64,000 nucleotides of DNA from Gracilinanus agilis (lineage: Eukaryota): positions 40,200,182 through 40,264,181 of the forward strand of contig NC_058130.1 in the NCBI RefSeq assembly GCF_016433145.1. Direction: 5' to 3'. The translations under genes and the position numbers were made by a program. Within the stretch, counting starts at the first letter, position 1. Each line of letters opens with the position of its first letter. Shown here piece after piece: positions 38,796-49,399 of the stretch. Under the pieces are notes generated by a model. That model was not told the origin of the DNA and made no database searches. It worked only from the letters and a program-made list of their open reading frames with translations.

Positions 38796-39510
38796 AACAG
38801 CTTATTTTCAATAAACAAAATTGAAAAACATGGAGTTCATTGACAATGAAGTACAGATGGGCATGTTTATGGTGATGACTCTGGGATAAATATGGATTTA
38901 CCCATGCTATAAATTTTTAAATTAAGAAATGAACAATTAAGGTGGTAAAATTTTTCTGAATAATTATTCATCAGAAAATGATGAATTCTTTCAAGTTCCT
39001 TTTAAAGAGATAAATATTGTCCTAAAAATCTAACCTGAGGAAGTATATATGAAAGAAAGAAAATCATAGACCAAAATCACTAATGAATATTGTTGAAAAA
39101 TATGTTAAATAAAATGCTTGCAGAAGACTAGAGAAATACATGCATACCCAAACATACATATATATATATTTTTTTTTCACAATATCCAAATGGGATTTAT
39201 ACTATGGATGCAAAGATAATTTCGTACTAGAAATACAATTACTGTAATAAATAAAAATAAGCAGAATCACATGATTTAATCAATTGATACTTTAAAAACC
39301 TGATACAATATATTTAATTTTACTAAAGTTCTGACTAAGCATATGAACAGATATTTGATTTTAATATGATGAAAATTAGCATATAAATTCAAAGCTAGCA
39401 TTATTTGCAATAAAATTAAATAGCAAAATACAATTTCAAATTCATATGAAGATATTACTTGACATAGCTTTAGAATCCATGTTTCTAGAGAAATAAATTT
39501 ATTAATATTG

Positions 39511-39821
39511 TTTTCTGTTTATGTGTTTTTCAGATTAGTGCTCCTTATGTTTCCCAAGTTGGAAGTACAGTGGCCCTTCATGAATTTAATCTGAACACTG
39601 ATTCCCACAAAAGCTTTTGCCTCCCATTTTTGCAACCTGAGTCATTTTACTTATCCTTAGGCAGTTTGTAGTGGTCCTATCCTGGGGGCTCACTATATTG
39701 ATCCCATACTTAGAGAATTACCAAATTTGCTTTAGCCCCACTGTTCCATAGAACTGCCAAATTCAAATGATCCATCAGCCTTAGCAGATGACTCTACAAG
39801 CATGTGCCACCATACACAGTC
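39511..39821 (-). pseudogene. Full-length 7SL (SRP) RNA retrocopy / 7SL-derived element
   Basis: Colinear with the reverse complement of 7SL across both Alu and S domains ('ccttaggcagtttgtagtggtcc', 'ctcactatattgatcccatacttag', 'caagcatgtgccacc'). Decayed A-rich tail at 39511-39531. Confidence 0.85.
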
Positions 39822-40210
39822 ATAAAAAATGAAGTTATGGCTTTATTCCTCTTTGCAGATGACATGATGGTTTAAAATTTCAAAGTATTAGCAAATGGAT
39901 TAAGACAATCAATATGGTATTTTCCTATTTCTCTTCTTCACACACTCTATGGTGCAGCCAACACAGTCTGGTTCTGTTCTTCATATTTGGTATTCATTGT
40001 TTATTGATCAGTCTTTGTACAGTCTGTATCATTATGCAAATAATGGACTACATCCTTACCTTTGCCTATTACAATCTCTAGATAAAATAAGAATAATTAT
40101 GAGCACTGCCTCCTACATAAAACTTTTCTCTCAATTATAAAAATTCCCCAAATTGTTAGTTTTCTCTCTTCTCTATTATATTGTATTTGCTTATCAAAAT
40201 AGACTTTTCT

Positions 40211-40403
40211 GGGGGCAGCTGGGTAGCTCAGTGGAGTGAGATTCAGGCCTAGAGACAGGAGGTCCTAGGTTCAAACCCGGCCTCAGCCACTTCCCAGCTG
40301 TGTGACCCTGGGCAAGTCACTTGACCCCCATTGCCCACCCTTACCAATCTTCCACCTATGAGACAATACACCGAAGTACAAGGTTTTAAAAAAATTACAA
40401 AAA
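40211..40403 (+). mobile_element. Very young SINE1_Mdo-type SINE
   Basis: Perfect 15-bp TSD aaaatagacttttct (40196-210 and 40404-418). CpGs are retained. Confidence 0.95.
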
Positions 40404-40857
40404 AAAATAGACTTTTCTATACCTTACCATCATTTTTTTTCCACAAAGTTTCCATCGAAGGGTTTTTACAGAACTAAATTTTGGATCCATATTCTCTGAC
40501 AGGAAATTTAATGTTCTTTCTACTATTTAACATTGCCATGTTATAGGGCACTTTTTTTCATTATTCCTACACAATTGTACCTAGAATAAGCAGTTGCAAA
40601 TAGAGAAGATAAAAGGTAAATTTAATTGCTGATTTGGCAGATGGTCTGCCTAAAAAAAAATTGTGCTTGGTTCTATTTGTATCTTGTTTTTTGATAGGCA
40701 AGGGGTATTTTAATAAATGTTTATGATGAAGAATGGAGTTATCAAATAGCCATTCTCTTTTTTTTTTCACAAAGAGAACCTCTCAGTGATTATTGAATGT
40801 CTTTATCTAATCTACATTTGTTATCATCTGTGGTATCTTGTTAATCTATTGTTAGGA

Positions 40858-41038
40858 GGGGGCAGCTGGGTAGCTCAGTGGATTGAGAGCCAGGCCTAGA
40901 AATGGGAGGTCCTAGGTTCAAATCTGGCCTCAGACACTTCCCAGTTGTGTGACCTTGGGCAAGTCACTTGATCCCCATTGCCCACCCTTCCCACTCTTCC
41001 ACCTAAGAGCCAATACCCAGAAGTTAAGGGTTTAAAAA
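40858..41038 (+). mobile_element. Young SINE1_Mdo-type SINE
   Basis: 15-bp TSD aatctattgttagga / aatctattattagga. Confidence 0.95.
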
Positions 41039-41389
41039 AATCTATTATTAGGATCTTTACTTCTTTTATTGTCTCTTTTAGTTTAAAAATCCTGTTAATT
41101 ATATTGTTGCATCAAACAAAGTTCTGACTAAATGCCCCTGATGGGCCATATTTTTAGTCTGTGGTACCCAAAGTCAAACACTGTTGCTGACACCATCTTC
41201 CTAGGTTTTATCTTCATATTTTAAAACTTTAACATTACATTTACATTATTTTTTCTTTGGTTCTTCCCTTCAATTAATAGCAACTAAAACATCACTTGAG
41301 TCCCTAACTAGTTCATTTATTTATCTAGGACTTCATAATCCCATGAGATTATTTTTTGTTTCCTTGGGTTAGGATCCCATGTGATAACC

Positions 41390-41891
41390 CAGTGATGGAG
41401 AACCTATGGTACTAGTGTCAAAGATGGCACGAAGAGCATTCTTTGTGGGTACATGCCCCCCTGAACCCCAGTTTATTATTAGAAAAGGCAGAAGGACTCA
41501 GGTGAAGCTGCTCCCCTCACCCATTCACCCATTCCACTGGGTCTGATGACATTTTTTTACATCATTCTCCCTCTGTCCAGCAGCCCAATGGGATTGCACA
41601 GGGGGAAAGGCGAGTGACTCACAGACAGCAGAGCTGGAAAGGATCAGATACTTGGGTCACTCCTGTCCCTCTCTCTACATTCGCTGAGAACATTCCTCAA
41701 TTCAACCGCCCAGCAGCCCAGCAGCCCAATGGGAAGCAACTGCTTCCTCCCTCCTCTGAGTGGGGTTAGGGGGTCCAAGGGCAGGGTACACCTGGCACTG
41801 GGTCACTGGGGGAGATGGGTACAGCACTCGGTCTCAGTGGTAGTTGGGACAGGGACACAGCACTCCGTCTTTAAAAGATTTACCATCACTG
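41390..41891 (+). mobile_element. hAT non-autonomous element (502 bp)
   Basis: 16-bp TIRs CAGTGATGGAGAACCT...AGATTTACCATCACTG (13/16). 8-bp TSD tgataacc/tcctaacc. GC-rich interior with repeated 'cagcagcccaatggga'. Confidence 0.9.
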
Positions 41892-42089
41892 TCCTAACCT
41901 GACTCACTCAGTAAGTTTCCTCAGAGTTATAAGCTATAGGAACCTCCAATAAGATTTCAAATACATCCATTAAAAAGACTAAACATGCAGGAATATAAGG
42001 ACTTATCCCACATGTTGGAGTGAAAAGATTTAACAGAACTAGGCTCCTTCTATAACCCCAGAATAACAAATAAGAACACCAAGGAGAAA

Positions 42090-45000
42090 TGTTTTTAAAA
42101 GAAGAAAATAAATTAAAATGAATATGTGCTGATCAAATTTATATTTTATATACCAGAAAACAACTTAATTACCTAAAATACTGAAAACATTAGAAATGAG
42201 GAAATTCATGGGAAATAAGCTAACAGATGTCCTCAGAAGGATCAACAATGGTCAAAGAAATTAAGTAACAATTGTTACTTATGAAAAGTATAAGTACCAA
42301 TGAAAAAAATCATGAAGCCAATAAAATGGCTTAAAAAATAAAGATGAATTAAGCTGGTTGAAATTTTTAAAAGAATTAGAATTAAGTAAGGAAAGGACCA
42401 ATATGAAGAATAAATTTGAAAACCTTCACCAAAAAATCCATAAAAGTTTTTTTTTTTTTTTATAAACTCAGTGAAACTGAATGGCACACAAAGCAGACCA
42501 TTTGGGAATAGAGGTTGAAAAATAACTGAATTATCCAAACTATTGGAAAATACATAGATCCCAGGAGCCTCACTACAGAATATATAAAACAACGTAGTAA
42601 ACTCACAAATACAGATATATCAGAAAATAATAAAAACAAAACATACAAATAAACACAAAAAGAAATTATTGACTGAAGCCGTCCACCGACTCCACGAAGA
42701 TTCCTAGTGGGTTGGACACTCAGAAAGGGGAACCAAGGCCTGAGTGAAAATGGGTTACGGGTTAAGGATTAATGGAAAGAGAATATAAGGCGAGAATAAA
42801 GACACACAGACACAGAAAGTTTTGGCATAAGGTAGACAGACAGCTAGTAAGCTCTGATGGTCAAGAGCTTCATGGTTAGGAGCTCTGATGGTCAAGAGCT
42901 CTCTTGCCAACTGAAGTCTTGTCACTTTTATTGGGGTTACAACAGTATGGGGGGAAGGGGAGAGGCCTGTGGCCTGATACATTAACATTATGAGGTAATC
43001 ATCATAAAATGCAAACTGCCAAAATCTGAAACAATAGGTAGAGCTAAGATCAGGATCCAGGGTGGATAGGGCCTAAGGCATCTACTGATGTTTGATACCT
43101 ATGTTAATTGATCATTGAAGGAAAAGTAAGGAGACTGAGATAACTGACTCTCTTCTGGGGTGTAGCCTTAGGGAAGGGCTAGGGATTTGGCAAGGTCAAC
43201 ATTCAATTTATCTCAGGATTGCAGAGATCAATCATTAGCAGTATAAGAGTTAAGTTTTTGAATACTTCTTAAAATAATATCACAATTAATGTATACCTGG
43301 ATTGCTACATTGACACTCCATTTCAGAAAATAAGCAAAAAAGAAAATAACATCAAATTGACAAAAAATAACTTATAGGGTGAAAACAACAAATATGTGCA
43401 GGGGATTAATAGTAAAACACCAAGATTTAAGATGCTAAAATATAGCATAATGAAATTTCAGGGTTAAAGTGATAAGGGAATACAACAGAAGAAATGGGGA
43501 AGGGAGAAGAATCCAGCGATATATATTGAAAAATCGTAATATTTTTCTAAAACTAGAATTGCAAAAAATAGATAGCACAACAAAATAAAGAAACATGGGT
43601 TATGAACCTAAAAATAATTACCCTCTTCCCCAAAATTAAATACCTTATGAAGACTAGACATGAATATTTGAGAAATAAGCAGACTTTGAAAAGTTTACAA
43701 AGATATAGTGACTTCAAAAAAGTCTTTGAAAAGCAAAGAAGCCTTCCAGGCAAAAAAAACAAAACAAAACAAAACAACAACAAGTATTTAAGAAGTCAGG
43801 GGGCAAAAACATGTGCTAACATAGTATTAAAGTTTTCTTCGAACATAGGATTGACTAATATGCTGTAGATTTCAAAAGGGCATTTTTTGAAAAGCAGAGA
43901 AAACACTCCAGTGGAGAAGAAAATGAGGCAAAGTAATCAAAGACTAAAGTTTGCCTTTGATGAAAAGCAAAAACAAATTAAAGTAAAATGCAAAATTGTT
44001 CACATAAAATATAGGAATTGTGTTTTTTAATTATTTAGATTAATAATAGAAGTATTATTTAGATTAACAATAGGAGTAAGAAATGTGCATTATTTTCTGG
44101 GAAAATAACCTAAAAAACAAGTACAGAATTTTTCATACTAAATGCAAATGGACTTAACTCACCTAAATAATGCAAAAATTAAATGGGTCAAAAATGCAGA
44201 CTACAACAATATCCCATTCACAGGAAACATTCAATCTATAAAGAACTAAATAGATTAAAAATGAAAATAAATGAATAGCTGTTATATTAATTGGAATTAT
44301 ACTAAAAAGTGACTCAAATATCCATACACTTTTGCTAAGAGACACAACTGGTAGACATAGAAAGCCAAAGACAGAAAGGTCCTTGATAAACAAAAATTAA
44401 AGTAGCACTTTTTTATAGATAGCAAAGAATTGGTGCAAATATATAATATAAACCCATCAACTGAAGAATGACTGAAAATATTGTGGTCTATGAATATGAT
44501 GCAATATTACTTCACAGTAAGAAAAATTGAATATTAAGAAAATTGTATTGGAGAAAAAATACATGACATTATGAAAGAATACAGCAGAAACAGGAAAACA
44601 GTATGGCATGTGAATAGAAATAAAAACAATGCTATACTTAGACACCATGTAATTATTTTAATGAGCAAGTTTGACCCTGAAGAAGACAGGAGATAATGCT
44701 TGTTCCTTCTTTCTTTTCAGAGATTCAGAATTACAAAGAATAACACAACTCAGAGGTTGAGTGGACTGGAATGGAATTTACTTTGCCTCAGTCAAATGCA
44801 AGAAAAGAGAATTAGCAATGTTGATAGTAATAAATGTAGAAATGGACATTACCAAGAGAAATAGAATTACATAATGTTTTAAGATATGATAAAGAATTCA
44901 ACTTTTAATATTAGCTGTGTATATCAAAGGAAATCATATTTAAATATTTAAAGCAAAATCTAACTGAATTACAAACAAAATTAAAATAGATAATTGTACA

Positions 45001-46860
45001 GGATTTCATTCTGCCATTTTCAAACAGAAATAAATATTGAAAAAGAATAAGAAGTTATAGAGCCAAAAATAATTTAGATAAAACTAAATATGGTCAAATT
45101 TTGAAATTATTGAAATTAAATTATGATGAAAATATTTGTTTTTGATCAATGAACATACATATCAATCAAATGCTAAGCCAAAAAGAAATAATAAATTCTT
45201 TCTTCACTATTACATATATAAATTGAAAGCAATGGGAGAAATAAAAATAAAATTATAATAAAAATATCCAAATTTATATGATGCATTTCTTAGAACAAAA
45301 AATGTTCTTCAAATACTAATAGGAATAAAAAAAAGAAAAAAAAACACTAACTTGTAATCCTTTTTAAAATTAAAAAATAAAAATGAATTGATACTAAAAC
45401 AAAAATATAAAGTATTTTTAAAATCAAAGGAGGTATAAACAAAAAGAAAACACTTGAGTTAATGAACAGAAGCATTAGATAACATGAGAATAGAATATAC
45501 TCAGAGGCACAAAATGATCAAGAATTTCAAGAAATATCCTGGAAAAAAAGAATGAAGGAGGTGGTTGAGCTCTTGAATTATATGCAAAACTCTCTGGTAT
45601 TAGACAAATCAGAGAAAAATTGATAAGGGCTACATATTAGATAATTAGAACTAGAAATATACCCCCCAAATTCTAGTATTTGATAAACCTCACAATTCCC
45701 AATAAATCTCAAACTATTGTGAAAGAGACTCTTTCTTACACAAGATCTAGTAGAAAAGTTGAAAAATATCCTCACCAAAATTTATATAACTTACTGTTAC
45801 CAACAAAAGCCAGCACAAAAGGTTAGGAAATTAAATTCCATCCAAATAATTGCAGAGTGGAAAAGATAATTAGAACTCTAACTTCTTTGACAGAATTAGA
45901 TGAATACAAAAATGAAACAGAAATCAAGGTAAATCAAAACAATGAAGAAATGTTAATTATCCATGATGAACTTGTGCCAACATAATAAAATTCCAACATC
46001 ATCTAAAAAACTTCTCTAGTGTCTTAAAATTTTAATTCTCAGAATATTAATGTATATTACTCAAAACAATGCAAAATTTTGCTGGTAAACATAATATCAA
46101 GCAACTTAAGGGAATTTTTTTTATAAAAAAAAGAATGCCTAGCAATATCAAAAGATGAGCTACGAAATAGATCAGCCATAATAGATGTAGAGAGAATCAA
46201 GGCATATCATAGCATATAATAAACCTAAATGAAACAACTACTGAATTAAAGTATCACTATTCAACAAAAACTATTGGGAAAAAATAAAAAGCAGCTTGGC
46301 ATAAATTCATCCCAACATCTCATACCATTTACCACAATAAACTCCAAATGGATACATAACCTATGTATAAAATGTCATATCTTCAAAAAATTAGAAGAGC
46401 AAGAAAGGAATTACTTTTCAAAATTATGGAAAACTTAAAAATTCCTTAATAAAGTTTGGAGAGGATTACAAAAGACTAAGTGGATTATCATAATATTATA
46501 ATATATATATACATTCTGTACAAATAAAATCAAAGCAGGTAAAATTAGAGGGGAAAAAGACCCTTAGGGAAAAAAATTGTAATAAATTTCTCTGAAGACT
46601 GCATGGTATGCAAGATCTTAAGGAAACTAACTCAAATATATAATGACAGGAATCATTGACCAATAAATATGCATAAAGAATTCTGAAAAAAGGCAGTTTA
46701 TTTATACACATATGAAGTTATGCTCCACACCAGTAAAATTAGATAAATGCACATCAAAACAATTTGGAGTTCCAGTCTCATACTGGATTTGAATATGTGA
46801 AAAAACAGAAAAACAGTAATTATTAGAAGCGACATATGAGAACATGTACACCAGAGAACT
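42090..46860 (+). pseudogene. Fragmented old L1 cluster (ORF1-like region, ORF2 endonuclease and post-RT segments)
   Basis: EN start 'taaatgcaaatggacttaactcacc' (LNxNGLNSP) at about 44139. Post-RT motifs FNKNYWE...HLIPFTTINSKWI at 46260-46370. Many stops. Confidence 0.8.
42670..43284 (-). mobile_element. Young solo LTR (~615 bp) inserted in the L1
   Basis: TG...CA ends. AATAAA on - (42927-32). CpG-rich U5. Flanks attat/attaa may be a 5-bp TSD. Composition shifts sharply from the AT-rich host L1. Confidence 0.75.
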
Positions 46861-46879
46861 CATCAGTCTAAGAAATGAT

Positions 46880-47820
46880 CTATTAATTTTTATTTTAAAA
46901 AATATTTTATTTTTTCCAATTGCATGTGAAATTTTTCAAATTTGTGTTTTTTTTTAATTTGTGAATTCCAAATTCTCTCCCTTATTCCTCCCCCCATTTT
47001 TAAGGCAAGCATTTTAATGTAGGTCATACATGTACAGTCATGCAAAACATATCTGCATTAGTCATGTTACAACATCTACTCCATAAAAAAGAAAAATAAA
47101 ATTAAAAAAATAAGCTTCAATTTGCATTCAGCCTCCATCTATTCTTTGAAGAAAGTTGGCATTTTTTATTGTAAAAGTTAAATTACAAATTCCTGGTACT
47201 TAGTTTCCATAGAATTTATTAATCATCACCTGGTTAAAGAAAGCAGAAAGATGGAAAGAGAGAGATAGTCCAGCCTATTTTCTAATCTGACCACATGGTT
47301 GTTCCATTTGCATGATTCTCAGCCAGCTTCCCACGATTGCACTGTCCAAGGGAAAAAAGAGAGTCTATGCCTCATGTACCCTTTCTTTTATCCTCTTTTA
47401 GTACCCACATACATCACCTGTGCTTTCATGTGACCTCCAGTCACTGAGGGCAGGCACATAGGTTGAACAGGATGAGGGTCAGACTGGAAGCAAGTCCACA
47501 AGGGGAAGGGATTACCTTTACATATCATCTTGAGTCCTTCCAAATTGCCATAGATTTTCATGTTGCCTGGAATAGCCAAGTCATTCACAGTTGATTATAG
47601 TACAATATTGATATTTCTGTGTACCATTTTCTCCTGGTTCTGTTCACTTCACTTTGCACAAGTTCATGTAAATCTTTCCAGATTTTTCTGACCATCGTTT
47701 CATCATAATCAAATGCCACATCTTGTTCTGCCATTTCCCAATTGGTGGGCATTCCCTCAGTTTCCAACTTTTTGCCGCCAAAAGAGTTTCTATGAATATT
47801 TTGTGTGTATTTAGTTCCCA
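46880..47820 (-). mobile_element. L1 3' end (ORF2 C-terminus plus 3' UTR)
   Basis: ORF 47585..47821 encodes 'WKDLHELVQSEVNRTRR', the L1 ORF2p C-terminus. Antisense 3' UTR with poly-T. Confidence 0.85.
47170..47522 (-). mobile_element. Solo LTR-like insert (353 bp) within the antisense L1
   Basis: Inverted termini TGTAAA...TTTACA. AATAAA on - (47215-20). The host L1 rejoins as 'gcattttttat|catcttgagtcc'. Confidence 0.65.
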
Positions 47821-48994
47821 AGGAAGGAAGAGGAAGATAAATTTCAGGAAATTATGGTTTTCTAATATGGGATAAAGGAGGGCTCTCTTTTACCCCAAGA
47901 TATGATGTGATTTAAATGTCTTTATTGCCTCTAAAACATATGCTGCGTGTTGGCACAGGACATCTCCAAAATTCCAGGTGTGATACAATTGGAGCCTGAA
48001 TTAGTATGGGGGCTCTGGGAGTAAAAAAAAGGAAACCAGATAATGTAGAAGTAGACTGGCACCTCATTTGACATAAGAAGGGGATGACTATAAAGAGTTT
48101 CTTATCAGTTCCATCCCTGAGGAAACATTTTGATCCTATTCAAAGCAAAAATAATGAAATTTGTAATGATTCCACAACAAAGAACAGTTCTGGCATTTAG
48201 TAGACACAATAAATATTTATTAATTATTGATTTTATTTTTGGTGGGAAAGGAAAAGCTTATGGGCTGCCTCTTTTCTTAATTTCCAAGTTGATATTGTTC
48301 TCCTAAATTATTTTGTATTTGTTTTCTACAAATTCTGTTTTTTTTATATAAATCTATCCACCTAGAAAAAATAAGTTCCTTGAGGGCAGTCATTATTTAA
48401 TTTTTGTCTTTTTATGCCCCGCACCTAAAAGCAGTATTTGGATCGTAGCAGGTACTAAACAAAATCTTATTTAATTGACTTGGCATGAAACAATTTTAAC
48501 TCTTCTGGACTATTCCCATGGCTCTCCATCAGTCAGCTATCTCTTCTACACAGATCCTAACACAGGGGGTTTAGCAATCTCAGTTTACAGGAAGTCTGAA
48601 TCCTCTTCTTTTGTAGTTCAACTCTTAATCTCTTTGTCTCCCAGGTGGAGCAAAAAGTAATTAAGGGATCTCTACCAGAGTCCTAATTGAACCTTTTCCT
48701 TCAGTCAGTCTTGCTCAGAACCCTTTGCCAAAAAAGTCCTTTCTGATGCTTCTCCTATAATTGTTTTTTTTTTTTTTCCTCTGCTGCCTCTTAACTCAGG
48801 AATGAGATCATTGAATTACTAGATTGGTCTCCCATACTTTAGGTCAATCTATTATTTGTGATTCATCCAACTAGTGAAAAGGCATTATTAAGAGGTTTCT
48901 GGGTAAGTTGCACTGTGATTGTCCATTATGGTATTTGCTCGATTCCATATAGAAAAAGTTACAGACAAGATTTTTGTTTGCTCCCTTGTTTTTA

Positions 48995-49230
48995 GTCATG
49001 TCCCAATATTCATGATCCTATTTAGGGTTTTCTTTGCAAAGATTCTGGAGTGGTTTGCCATTGCTTTCTCCATGCTTGTTTTACAAATGAGGAAACTGAG
49101 GCAAATGGGGTTAAGTCATTTGTCCAGAGGCACACATCTGGTAAGTGTTGAAGGCTAGATTTGAACTCAGAAAGCTGAGTCTTCTTGACTCCAGGCCCAC
49201 TACTCTATTCTCTATGCTATCTACTTACCT
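48995..49230 (-). mobile_element. Mar1-type SINE
   Basis: 'gggttttctttgcaaagattctggagtggtttgccattgctttctcc...gaggaaactgagg'. Confidence 0.85.
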
Positions 49231-49399
49231 GAAGGTGTACTTTCTTGTAGAAAGTGATGATACTGGTGTTTGCCTTAACAATTTTCAGTTAATTTTAATT
49301 TTAATTTTTTTACTTTCAAGCATTACTGGGGATATCTGCTTCTGAAACACCAAGGCAATGTATGCATCTCTCTCCACCTTTCCCCAAATATACATGCTA

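Larger units (their letters stand above)
37780..39900 (+). pseudogene. Old L1 ORF2 remnant (post-endonuclease to RT), interrupted by a SINE and a 7SL copy
   Basis: Degenerate ORF2 motifs NNxWV, QMGFI/GMQ and NHMI..ID. The RT catalytic motif LFADDM is encoded by 'ctctttgcagatgacatg', with FADD at 39852-39863. Confidence 0.85.

Noticed and set aside
40211-40290. tRNA gene at SINE heads
   Set aside because: These are tRNA-derived A/B boxes of SINEs with no cloverleaf and are followed by CORE and tail sequence.
47585-47821. ORF with real protein similarity
   Set aside because: It is the L1 ORF2p C-terminus, not a host gene.
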